This document shows, in pieces, positions 1 through 11,362 of a stretch of DNA of 64,000 bases (its first letter is position 1; every line of letters begins with the position of its first letter). Location of the stretch: the NCBI GenBank assembly GCA_951406725.2, contig OX597817.1, forward strand, positions 146,320,001 to 146,384,000. The letters run 5' to 3'. The translations under genes were made by a program, and so were the position numbers. The stretch is from Octopus vulgaris. Lineage: Eukaryota. The notes under the pieces are model-generated. The model did not search any database. It was not told the origin of the DNA and saw nothing but the letters and a program-made list of their open reading frames with translations.

Positions 1-97
1 GGGGGAAGATGGTTTGTGGAGTAGAGGTTTGTTAAGGACAGATTGTATGTAGAGTGGTGGTGGTCAGGGACAGATTCTGCACACCACCACCACCACC

Positions 98-131
<34 letters not shown>

Positions 132-154
132 TCGCAACAATCATCATCACCATT

Positions 155-545
155 GTTGAATTAACGTTCATTTTTCCATGTTTGCAGGGGCCAGACAGAT
201 TTTGTTGGGGCAGGTTTTCCTGTCACTAACCCTCACTTGTTTCCAAGCAAGGTGATGCTTCCCCATGGCCAGAAATGTCTTTACAAAATACTGGAAACAA
301 AGGACTTCACTTGTATGATGGTGATACTCATTTATAACTACCTCATACTATCAAGACAAGGAAACACAAGCGTACATACATACACACATGATGAGGTTTC
401 TTTCAGTTTCCATCTACCAAATCTGCTCACAAATCTTTGATCAGCTTGGGGGCTATTGTAGAAAATACCCAAGGTGCTATGCCGTGAGATTGAAACCAGA
501 ACTTAGGAGGCAAACTTCTTAACCACACAGCCATGCTTATGCCTC
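155..545 (-). mobile_element. Older modular SINE (family-A-type tRNA head, distinct body, family-C-type tail ending in (GAT/GGT)n)
   Basis: The minus strand begins ggcatggctgtgtggttaagaagtttgc (A-box-like). The body recurs at 15430-15665, 28280-28510 and 31975-32352. Confidence 0.7.
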
Positions 546-636
546 AGTGTAATAATAATAATTCTAGTTAGCATAGAACAGAGAGAAGGGGTCAGGGTTG
601 ACAGAAACAGTAGAATACCAAAATAATACCCTATGA

Positions 637-850
637 TATTGGTTTCAAATTTTGGCACAAGGCCAGCAATTCCAGGGGTGGGAGTAAGTCAATTATATCG
701 ACCCCAGTTTTCAACTGGTATTTATTTCATTGACCCCAAAAGGATGAAAGGCAAAGTTGACCTTAAGAGAATCTAAACTCGGAATGTTAATTTGGAAGAA
801 ATGCCACTAAGTGTTTTTTTTTTTTTTGGTGCAGTTCCAACTCTGCCAGC
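637..850 (-). mobile_element. SINE family B, diverged copy with the alternative tail
   Basis: Contains aaggatgaaaggcaaagttgacc, the reverse complement of the family-B core gtcgactttgcctttcatcctt. Confidence 0.75.
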
Positions 851-1240
851 TTCACTGCTTTCATAATACCCTATAATATTAAATTTCATCTTTCTTCATT
901 ATGAGTAGAAATGCTGTCTTCACTCACAGACACAGTTGATAAAACAAGTACTAAGCACACTAACTGGGATTTAAGTCAATCAGCTATGCCTCTCCTCTAT
1001 AATTTTGTAACCTTGAGAAAAGAAATCAATAATAATTCATGGATTTAACATATATTTTTAGTAATACTTTTTACTGCTACTTGAAGCTGCTGTATTTTTT
1101 CTTTAGAGCAGAAATTTCCAGACATTTTTAATCCACCTCTTCATTTCATCCCCAGTTTTAATCTGTTACTTTTCTGTGATACATAGGATATCTTTGTTAC
1201 ACCTTTACCTGTCCTTATGAAAGAAAAGCTTTATATTATT

Positions 1241-1690
1241 TGTCGCCTTACTGGCACTTGTGCCTGAGCTAGTTGGGTGCCTGGCACTTGTGCCCGTGCA
1301 TGTAGGGTGCTAAGAGCACCATCTGAGCATGATCATTGCCAGAGCAGCCAGCTGGCTTCCAAGCTGGTGGCACGTAAAAGGGCACCATTTGAGCGTGATC
1401 GTTACCAACGTCGCCTTACCGACACCTGTGCCGGTGGCATGTGTAAAAAGATTCGAGTGAGGTCATTGCCAGTACCGCCCGACTGGCTCCCGTGCCGGTG
1501 GCACGTAAAAAGCACCCACTACACTCTCAGAGTGGTTGGCGTTAGGAAGGGCATCCAGCTGCAGAAACTCTGCCAGATCAAGATTGGAGCCTGGTGCAGC
1601 CATCTGGTTCGCCAGCCCTCAGTCAAAATCGTCCAACCCATGCTAGCATGGAAAGCGGATGTTAGACAATAATGATGATGATGATGATGA
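1241..1690 (+). mobile_element. SINE family C (internal gtgccggtggcacgtaaaa subrepeats, (GAT)n tail)
   Basis: Very similar to 59612-60057. Tail is ccaacccatgctagcatggaaagcgga...(gat)n. Confidence 0.85.
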
Positions 1691-1830
1691 ACGTATGAGC
1701 CAAATGTAACTAAAGTCTCAAAAAAAAAGCATGGATATTTGGGACAAACTTATAAAGATGCTTTCGAAAAGCAATGGGTTACCTATTCTACAACGTCACC
1801 TAGAAGAGAGGGTTCCATGACACTATAGAA

Positions 1831-2184
1831 CAGTGGTTCCCAAAGAGGGCAGTATTCCCCATCCCCAGGGGTGGGTGGAAAGTTCCAAGGAAGCATTGAA
1901 GAAAAGTGGAGTGATAACGGGGTAGCGATTCATGTAAAAAGTGGGGCAATAATGGGGTACTCTCTCTCTCTTTTACCTGTTTCAGTCATTTGACTGTGGC
2001 CATGCTGGAGCACTGCCTTTAGTCGAGCAAAGCGACCCCAGGACTTATCCTCTGTAAGCCTTATTCTATTGGTCAATTTTGCCGAACCGCTAAGTTACGG
2101 GGACGAAAACACACCAGCATCGGTTGTCAAGCGATGCTGGAGGGATAAAACACTGACACACACATACACACACATATATATATT

Positions 2185-2215
<31 letters not shown>

Positions 2216-2562
2216 ACAACGGGCTTCTTTCAGTTTCCGTCTACCAAATCCACTCACAAGGCTTTGGTCGGCCCAAGGCTATAGTAGAAGACACTTGCCC
2301 AAGTTGCCACGCAGTGGGACTGAACCCAGAACCATGTGGTTGGTAAGCAAGCTACTTACCACACAGCCACTCCTGGTGGTAATTCATGTAAAATCAACAA
2401 AATAATGGGTTTGTTAGGTTAAGTTTTATTTGTGAAATACAATTGCTTTGAATTTGCTTCAGAAAGTGGTCTTTGTTTGTGGTAGTTAGTTGGGGTGGGG
2501 GCACTAGGAATTTGGCCTGGGTGTCAACGGGGTGGCAGCCCCAAAAAGTTTGGGAGCCACAG
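1831..2562. mobile_element. hAT (Charlie-like) MITE interrupted by a family-A SINE
   Basis: TIRs CAGTGGTTCCCAAA (1831) and TTTGGGAGCCACAG (ends 2562). Perfect 8-bp TSD CTATAGAA at 1823-1830 and 2563-2570. Confidence 0.85.
1971..2373 (-). mobile_element. SINE family A (tRNA head, internal (TA)n/(TG)n microsatellite, tail ...aatgactgaaacaagtaaaa)
   Basis: Full-length match to copies at 3096-3553, 35960-36352 and 56100-56593. Confidence 0.9.
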
Positions 2563-3095
2563 CTATAGAAGATAACAAGACAGGAAGTTTTAAAGGAGTA
2601 ATAAACTCAATCAATGTCTCATTAAAAATGTCTTAACTCATACAACATCCTTGATTATTCCCTGAGGTGGAAATAGCACCTGTTTTGTTGGCATCATATT
2701 TCAATGAAGTTATATTTAAAACAACTTAGAACATTAAACCACTTAGAACATATAAACCACCACCACCACCACCACAACCACCACCACCACCAACACCATC
2801 ACAACCATCGTTGTCATCACGGTGTTTAACATTCACTTTTCTATGCTTGCATGGATCAGATGGAATTTACTGAGACAGATTTTCCACAGCTGGATGTCCT
2901 TCCTGTCACCAACCCCTACTTATTTTTCCAAGCAAGATACTACCCCACCTGCTTTAATAGCAATCCATCTGATGCCACTCCTAGTTCTCTGAAACACTTC
3001 CTGTTTTCAAGTGATCTAAATTAAAACCTTATATAAAAATTTTATATTAATTTATGTTCCAAACACTTACTTAATAATACTTTTTTACTTTTACT

Positions 3096-3320
3096 TTTTA
3101 CCTTTACTTGTTTCAGTCATTTGACTGTGGCTATGCTGGAGCACCACCTTTAGTCAAGGAAATCAACCCCAGGAATTATTCTTTGTAAGCCTAGTACTTA
3201 TTCTATTGGTCTCTTTTGCCGAACTGCTAAGTTACGGGGATGTAAACCCACCAGCACCGGTTGTCAAGCGATGTTGGTGGGGGGGTACAAATACAGACAC
3301 ACAAACATATACACACACAC

Positions 3321-3389
<69 letters not shown>

Positions 3390-3553
3390 TACGATGGGCT
3401 TCTTTCAGTTTCCGTCTACCAAATCCACTCACAAGGCTTTTGTCGGCCTGAGGCTATAGTAGAAGACACTTGCCCAAGGTGCCACGCAGTGGGACTGAAC
3501 CCAGAACCATGTGGTTGGTAAGCAAGCTACTTACCACACAGCCACTCCTGTGC
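3096..3553 (-). mobile_element. SINE family A
   Basis: Full-length copy with an internal (TA)n tract. Confidence 0.9.
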
Positions 3554-3574
3554 CCATGACCAAGTTATTTTAAT

Positions 3575-3745
3575 ATCATCATCATCATCATCGTTTAGCG
3601 TCCGCTTTCCATGCTAGCATGGGTTGGACGGTTCAACTGGGGTCTGGGAAGCCAGACGGCTTCACCAGGCCCAGTCTGATCTGGCAATGTTTCTACGGCT
3701 GGATGCCCTTCCTAACGCCAACCACTCCGTGAGTGTAGTGGGTCT
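3575..3745 (-). mobile_element. SINE family C, 3' part
   Basis: (cat)n followed by cgtttagcgtccgctttccatgctagcatgggttggacgg. Confidence 0.85.
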
Positions 3746-3904
3746 GAATAATTTAAAAAACTGAAATAAAAGCTATATTTTTTCATAGAAATATGGTAAT
3801 AAAAAGGGTGAATCCCTCAAAAGTTATAAATGCTAGACCTTACAATTTCTGTTGATTTTTTCTTGCAACTCTATGTACAAAACGCATCAAAAAGACTAAC
3901 CTAC

Positions 3905-4029
3905 CTTTTAAGGTTAGAAAATATTTCAGCCCTGACCAATTGCTGATCTTGCACGAGGCTTAAATAAAACCCACAATGAAATACAGTTCCCATGCCTGTA
4001 ACAACGATAATGCAACACGCACTAACATA
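3905..4029 (-). other. Candidate exon (non-coding or 5' UTR) of a minus-strand transcript
   Basis: Acceptor ...gcatttcAG| and donor AAAG|GTAGGT on the minus strand, in TE-free context. Confidence 0.35.
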
Positions 4030-4769
4030 CTGAAATGCATTCAATAGAAGATGGTGGAATTGATTAATAGATTCACATAGCAACACGCTACATCTGGTTT
4101 TCAGATTTTCTGTTGTCTCACTGCTGATTCTCTCACTACTACAACAGTAACTGCCCTACTGAACTAACAGCATACCTTCCACATAGGCACGCCCATCTCT
4201 CTTTCATCATTCATTGCTGCTGTGCCACTAACCTCTACCCCAGCCCACATTAACCACTTCATAATGGCATCTAGAGGCTCCCTTGTCAGCTTGATTTCAT
4301 ACAATATGGTTTTAAAATACGTGGGAGACATAGCTACAGTAACATTACCACCTGGTCCTTAGAGTGCCTTTAACATTCAGACCAAGCCTCTGATCTGAGT
4401 ATTACTCCAAACCCCTCAGTCACACATCTTTAGAAGTCATGAAAAAGGGTCATGGACACTACCATTTCATATCTCTTTGAACAACAAAGACAAACAAAAA
4501 AATGCTTTTATAAAATCTTGACAGCGATTGAAGTATTTTCCTTCACCCACATCTGGTCAAGTGGCCTCTGCGATTTTCTCTTGAAAGTTTTCATTTTCAA
4601 CAATTTAAAGCTTTTCGTTAGTTCACGAATCGTCCATATTTGTCCTGACTCATCGTTTACTGCGTTCAAGTCCTGTTCACGTTAAACCTTTCCTTTTAAA
4701 GTCGATAAAACTGTACCAATTTGGCATGATGATTGATAGAATTGCAAGAAAGTCGAGCTGTATGCTTAC

Positions 4770-4917
4770 TCGAGTGGCAGACTTAATCTGTTGCTCAGCA
4801 CAACACCACTAGCTAGCACTTTGGATGCATTTAGCAGGGTTCACTCTGTTGCAAACATTCGTACCAGATACCTTCCTCCCATTAACTTCTGAGACCCTGT
4901 AATGCTTCATGGCACTG
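4770..4917 (-). other. Candidate exon (5' UTR or non-coding) with a 33-aa small ORF
   Basis: T-run + AAG|CAG| (NAGNAG) acceptor and CGA|GTAAGC donor. gccATGa at 4910 opens MKHYRVSEVNGRKVSGTNVCNRVNPAKCIQSAS*. Confidence 0.5.
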
Positions 4918-5676
4918 CTTAAAAAAAAAAAAGGCAGAGACAGTACTGAATGCAGATAAAGATCGTGACTGAATGAAAGTTTTTATTTAGATTTGTGGGA
5001 TTAAAAATCTAAATTCTTTGAATAGAGTATTTTGTTTCACGAGCAAGGCAGAGTGGAGGCAGATTATGTTTCTTCACCACCTTAGGGCAATATGGTGATT
5101 TCTGTTTAAAAATATAAACTCGCTCGTGGAGTCAAGTAGCTTAACCACAACTGCTGTGAAATACTTCAGCTTCAGCAGTTACTATAGCTTAAAAAAAATA
5201 TTCTCTAATAGATCAATATCAAGAGCTTCTTTTATCAGAAACTATATTTTGTTTTTTGTTTTGTTTTTATTTAAAGGTGTGAAAGTGATGAACTATCAAA
5301 CATGCACAGCCAACAGCCTGCATTCGAAATGTGACTTTTACACATTTCCTCGTGGAGGAATTAACTTAAAACCAATAAAACAACAAAAATATACAATAAT
5401 ACTGACTTGGACACGTACACACGCCCGCATCCGAGGACAGCTGTAAATAAATCGTAATTACACATCACAGTGTTGTTTAGTCAACCTCTGACTAGCAAAG
5501 CCAGCAAGCAGGCAGATTACGGAACAACGATTTTTTCCCTTTCTAAAATGCTTTGTCTCCATTAGCTTTCTCTCGCCTCTTTGTCTTGACATTGGAGAAA
5601 TCACTGCTTCATCCCACCTCTCCAACACTTTACAGCATTGCCATACACACCGACAGGCGTTCCAAAATCTGCTCAC

Positions 5677-5800
5677 CTCCTTAGTTCCCTTTCCACTATT
5701 CCGCAGTCAAACAATGCTTTTTAAAGCAGCCAGATTTCATCACATATAAGAGAGAGTTCCATGTCTGTCAATATCAGCACACACGACCCTCCTTCAAACT
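5677..5800 (-). other. Candidate first exon of the minus-strand transcript
   Basis: Donor GAG|GTGAGC at 5677/5676. Inr-like TCAGTT with A at 5800. TATAAAAT starts at 5836 (-36, farther than the canonical -30). Confidence 0.45.
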
Positions 5801-6175
5801 GATGTAGCTTCCCTATCAAACCATACGTATTTTATAATAAAGCATTGAAATTGTGACATGACCAGATTATAACACACACACAGAGTAAAAAATGGCGGCC
5901 GTTCGTGAAATTTAACGACAAACGCTTAAACCACACACACAGACACAGTCGCAGATTATTTTGTCACATTTTATTTCTTTTGTTACAGCTCCTGTCACAG
6001 TTATCAGTAGATTAGAGAACTTAAATCTGCGTCTGAAGTATTAGTGAACACTCAACTATAGCTTTGAATTAGGACTAACAACCCAGTTTTCTACATGTTA
6101 CACAATAAACTAATTACGAACGACAGCCATTTTATAAATGGAGTCTGGCAGTCACGAAAGCTGCCATAATAAAAT
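5795..6175. promoter_or_regulatory. Candidate Pol II promoter with a cluster of YY1-type motifs
   Basis: AAAATGGCGGCC at about 5889-5900 (+), AAAATGGCTGTC at about 6122-6133 (-), AAATGGAGTC at about 6136 (+). CpGs retained and no TEs. Confidence 0.5.
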
Positions 6176-6725
6176 CGATATTCTCCAATTCCTCCATGCT
6201 TATTTTCTTTGACTATATTTCTTATCAGCATTTTTGATGCTTACACGAACTTAATCATGACCTTGTTGTTTTATAATGTAAACGTTTCGTTTATGCTTTA
6301 TTGTTTGTTGATAAATTATATATTAATAATGTTGCTGATTTTTTTCTTCGGTTTATATTGGTTTCTCACATTAGCACAAGGCCACGGGTTTGAAGGGGAG
6401 TAGGAAGGAAGTTTAATCAATTGAATTGACCCAAATACATGGAGTATTAGAACTGTACGAAAGGATGAAGTGAAACATATGGCATTTAGCGTGCTAACGT
6501 TGCTACAGTCACACCACTTTGATAAAAAAAAAAAAAAAATTGAATTGATATAAATATTGGTTTCTTTTCTCAGGGCACAATGGCATTGTATTTTACAAAG
6601 AAACAGAATTGGAAAATGTGATGTTCTTGTTTATTCCTATTAGTATAAGTGAAGTGAAATAGCTTTAAGCAGCAAATGAAACTGCATGAGATTATCAGTT
6701 TTTAGAGATATTTCTTTTGCTTTAG

Positions 6726-6768
6726 GACATTTTATTTTTGGTGACAAGCATTACGAGAACCTGCTGAG
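6726..6768 (+). other. Candidate small plus-strand exon
   Basis: tttcttttgctttAG| 43 nt |GTGAGT; both splice sites are near consensus. Confidence 0.35.
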
Positions 6769-6890
6769 GTGAGTCTATAAACGAGTTTTTGTCACTAGGT
6801 AGTATTTCATACCTTCCATCTCTAAAGCATTCATTTAAGGAGCACAAATGCTGCAACTTCTCTTTTCCTTTCTCTAAAAGCTTCACTCTA

Positions 6891-8040
6891 CAGGGTATCC
6901 AGGCTAAATATGATAGTTTGCATAAAAGGAAAAGAAAACAACATCTCGTCCAAAGATAAAAGTATTTTTAAAAAATCAAAAAATATCAACTAGATTATGG
7001 CTGTGTGATAACAGTTTACTTGCAGTAGACAGCTTCAGCTTCCACCACAACTTAATATGACCCTGGAACCTGGCATATACATTCCTCACTGTGTCCTGGG
7101 AAGATCTTCAAACACTTCCTTGAACTTGGTCACTAGATCAGCCTTTGTGTTGCAGGCAGAGTTGGTGGAGTCTTTCTCAACTGCCAGGGGAATTAGGAAG
7201 CCAGAAATTGGGACTAATAAAGTTGTAGAAATTCTCTGAAAACCATTTCTGACTCATTCTGGAGTTATGATAAGGAACTGACTCCTTGCTGCCACATATA
7301 TGATCTTTCAGCAGCAATCCTCTCTGGTCAAGGTTTGACCATAATCTCCAGCAGCTTCACATGGCCCTCTGGATTGAGCCAAAGATCCTGTTGTCATCCT
7401 CACTGGAGACACTTCCAAAGACCATCATGGCCTGGATGAACATCATTTCCATGATACATGGGACATCACATGGATTGTAGGCAAGCCATCTGCTGTTCAG
7501 AGTGTTGTGCAACTAATCCTGTTCTTTTCATCTGAGAAAAACCAGATCATCCCCAGCTTAACAGGATGTCTCAGGTTGTCCAAGGGCTTCTTTGCCTTTG
7601 TCAAGCAGATCTCCTTGGCCTTGGCTGTCAGAATTTGTCCCTTGTACCTCTTATACAAGTGGTAGCAAAGGTCCTCATACATGGTTGACTTCATGGTGAC
7701 AGCTCCAACACCTGTCTGGCCAAAGCCTGGATTCTCTTGTTTGGATTTTCCATCATCCTATTCCTGCAATTTTTGGATGAATTCTGGCAAATAGATGCAG
7801 TTAAAATGCCTGCTGGCCACAACTTCATAGTCTCCGTTGCAGCCATCTATGTTACATCTTTCAGCCTTTACAGTGTTTTCACACAGTATTGAGCAACAGT
7901 CATGTTATCGCATTCTGATACTCAGCATGAATCGTCATGATAGAGTGTACACCAGGTGAGCCAGTAGGCTTAGTGTGAGCTGTCCACAATCTTGTCTTCA
8001 GACAAGTTTACAAATTTGTAATCTATACAGTTAACTTAGA
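6891..8040 (-). mobile_element. Decayed Tc1/mariner transposon (probably maT/DD37D-like), transposase pseudogene
   Basis: TA|CAGGGTATCC terminus. Minus-strand frames give WFFSDEKN, YMWQQ.SVPYH and FWLPNSP motifs, with frameshifts. Confidence 0.8.
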
Positions 8041-8056
8041 CAACATCAAGAAACAG

Positions 8057-9990
8057 GGGCCTGATTACTAGAACCTGAATGCATTTTTCTCAGTTGAAAA
8101 GTTTTCAGGGACTGGATTAGTAAATTAGTAGGAATTGACAGGGACCATCATCAACTAGCGGTGGGTCTGGCTAAAGAGAGAACTTAAGCAACAGCTGTTA
8201 GCTTAAGCAAAGTAGTGATAGAAAACAATAGAAGAGGAGCTTGGCAGTTAAATAAAAGAGATGCATAGAAGACATACTGCAAATAATGTGTTGCTAGTGA
8301 CAAGAATGCTCCTTAAACCATTTCTTTGACATGAAGCACAAAGGATATGTGGTTTGTCTTTGAGTGCATACTCTGAAACATGAGGACACAAAGGACACAC
8401 AGCATGGTAATGAAGATATATTTTTGATTTCTAATAGACTGCAGTGGAGATGCACTATGTCATTCCATGCAGATGTGTGTTGTTTTCCAACAGTGTCTTG
8501 TCAAACTGTTCCTGAGGAGGAATGAAGTGAAGGCAGTGAATTTTGATGCCTACCTCAATGATCTACTGCAACTTTTGCATGAAGATGCAGAGTGCTGGAA
8601 AAGGTCCATATTAGCAGACAAGTTAAGCTATAAGGAGCAAATAGCTGGGACTGGTTAGTCTGCCTGGTGAGATATATTACTAAATGTCAGGTATTCGTGC
8701 TAAAGGCAGAGAGCTGGCAGAAACGTTAGCGGTATTTTGTCTGCCGCTACGTTCTGAGTTCAAATTCCGCTGAGGTCGACTTTGCCTTTCATCCTTTTGG
8801 GGTCGATTAAATAAGTACCAGTTATGCACTGGGGTCGATATAATCGACTTAATCCATTTGTCTGTCCTTGTTTGTTCCCTCTGTGTTTAGCCCCTTGTGG
8901 GTAGTAAAGAAATAAGTATGTGTGCTATATTTTTGGCATTTGTCTGCAAACTGACAATAAACTAGGAGTGGGGGACACTACTGAGGAAATATTTGAACAA
9001 AAGGGATGCAATAGTCAACTTGGTTAAACACAGAGTTGAAAAATGTTTGCAAAGATGCTTGGTAAGAGACTGGTTCTTCTCTTCAAAAGAGATGTTTAGA
9101 ATTGTGTGATTTAGTCACAAAGGCTTCTACTTCATGTGAAACTTTATAGAGTGAGTCAGAAATAATCTTGGTTTCAGTGAGGTGCTTATCAATTTGAAGC
9201 AGTCCAAAGTACTGGTAACAAAGTCAACTGTTGCTATCTGGCAGCTTCACCAAGAACTGTCAGTTTTTGGTTTGTCTTTAGAAGCTAGCTTATTACAATG
9301 TACAACAGTATCAGTTTAATGGTCAAACTAAAAAGCCATCTTGCAGAACTGTTTTGAATCATATGTTCAGTCTATGAGAGCTTCCTCCTCTTCTCTTTCC
9401 AGTATGTTTTGGAGAAGAAGCTCTTACTGTAACAGAGAGACATCTGTAACAGAGGGACATCTTGTTGGAACTGAAACAAAGAAGAACCATGTCTACACAT
9501 GCATGGTATGACATTGCCATCATGGTGGCTCAGGAGACACCTGACTACATTGGAGAACTTGCTCTTTTACTTTTTATAGAGAGACAGATTTCACTGGTTC
9601 AGAGATCCATCTTGCTGCCAAGACTCACTCAGTGGTAGGATGTGGGGTTGCGGATGCCTTCACTGAAGATGTACAAGCACTTACTGTGGCTTATGTATCT
9701 GCAGAAATGTCAAAACTATGGAAATGATGGTTGTGGACAGGTACGGTCACCAGTCATGCAATTTATCTCTTTGGTTGAGCTGCAGTCCTGATCAAGTGCA
9801 GATCAAAATTGAACATACAGCAACTCAAATGTTATCAAGTGCTCACTGCATTCTGCAAACTGCACAACACAGTTGGGGGAGGCTTAGAGCTTGCATTCTA
9901 TAGAGTTAGGAGAGGGTGTGAGTGATAATGGCTAAGAAACATTTCTGGATGTCAACAAGAACAGTCTGAATGATCTCTTTTAGAAGATGT
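8057..9990 (+). mobile_element. Possible highly decayed DNA-transposon coding remnant (hAT-like)
   Basis: Coding-like composition with short broken ORFs and only weak resemblance to a hAT dimerisation motif near 9900-9985. Confidence 0.2.
8704..8915 (+). mobile_element. SINE family B (tRNA-like head, Meta/MESC-like central domain)
   Basis: ggcagagagctggcagaaacgttagc...gtcgactttgcctttcatcc...gccccttgtgggtagtaaagaaata. Confidence 0.9.
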
Positions 9991-10485
9991 TAAGGTCAAG
10001 AATTAGAGATAACTTTGGAAATTCTGTGGTTTAGCAGTGTCACAGAGTTCCATTGCCTGTTATAATCTATTGCCATAGAAGTGCTAGCAACTGAGACTGT
10101 TAGAGATATATGCAGGGCAATAAAACCATCTTGCACACCTGCTCTGTATTCATGGTTTACTGATTTGTAGGTTTCTGTTAAATCCATCCAATATAAGGTC
10201 CATTCCTTCTTGTTAGGTGGTAGTGGCTTGTGTTCCTCATTGACCCTGAGAACCATGCTAGTTGAGTGCAAGCCCCTGGTAGGGTTTCCTATACTAAACT
10301 GGTCCAAGGATAGAAGCCAGAATAATATGAATCCCCTTTTCTGAGAGGTAAAAATGTTCTTTTGGGGTCCATAAATTAAGTACCAGTCTAATACTGGGGT
10401 CAATGTCATTGACTATCCCCCTCCCCATAAATTCCAGGTCTTGTGCCTATAGTAGAAAGGACTATTATTATTATTGTTATTATTA

Positions 10486-10790
10486 GTGTTGCCTTGTAGC
10501 AAGTTTGTTGAAAGGTGGTCGAATGCTGGAAGAATGACGAGTGTAAAAGGACCAATTCTGAGCGTGCACCTGCAAAAAAAAAAAAAGGAGAAGGGCTCTT
10601 GCTGTGACTTTTGTGGGTCTTTCCATGAGGTCCTTCAAGTGCCTCCCCTATTGAGAGTTTTAATTTGTTTAATTTTAATTGTTATTTATATTGTTTACAC
10701 ATTGTAAAACCCCTTGTATCGTCCTGTTTTTGTCTTTTAATGTAATTTTATGTGATCCCTTGTGGCTAACAAAAGAATGAATTATTATTA
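10486..10790 (+). mobile_element. 3' end of a Tx1/L1-like LINE with (TTA)n tail
   Basis: C-terminal peptide VLPCSKFVERWSNAGRMTSVKGPILSVHL. Homologous to minus-strand copies at 20040-20330 and 35255-35525. Confidence 0.6.
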
Positions 10791-10809
10791 TTATTATTAT
10801 TATTATTAT

Positions 10810-11362
10810 TGAGAGAGTAGTGTATGCCATCAAAGTGAAACTGGGGTAAAATATACAAAGCCTAGTATACCCATCATGACTACCTGTCTGATAAGGGTAC
10901 ACTAGGCACATGCATCACAACCATATGTGCGCAACATAGTGATCTCATATCAAGATTAACAGCACATGACCTTGCAGGTGGGGCCCAGTTAGAATTTTCT
11001 TCTGGTCAAGTAATCCATCCTGCTCAAAAGGTCCCTGAATAAGGGTTGTTTAAGGATATTGAACGAAACACCTATGTTTCCAGAAGTGAATTATTCAAAC
11101 CCCAAAGAATCCCTCTCGACACAAGGCTATGATGCTCCCACACTACTTCTGCTCATGATCAGAGGTGCATATATCGTCAGCCATTAAGGGACATGCTCAA
11201 CTTGTTAAGGTCAAACAACTGACAAGCAAATCTGTGGTATTGAGCAGAATATTTGCTGTAGTCCATCTTTTATACCAAGACAAAACAATGTACATGATAA
11301 CACTTCCAATCAGTTAAGATCAAAAGCCATGAGAGCCACTGCCTGGTACTGCGTCAGGGCAT
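10810..11362 (-). mobile_element. Unclassified non-coding interspersed repeat between (AAT)n tracts
   Basis: 11190-11355 is the reverse complement of 19843-20025, and both flanks are (AAT)n-type. Confidence 0.6.

Larger units (their letters stand above)
2950..3810. mobile_element. piggyBac-like MITE split by two SINE insertions
   Basis: Pieces at 2985-3080, 3558-3572 and 3747-3810 are reverse-complement similar to the MITE at 15982-16203. Confidence 0.55.

Noticed and set aside
4101-4210. C/D box snoRNA on the minus strand (ATGATGA...CTGA)
   Set aside because: No terminal stem and no recognisable guide sequence.
5892-5915. AAAATGGCGGCC as a translation start
   Set aside because: The frame stops after seven codons (MAAVREI*); kept as a YY1 motif.
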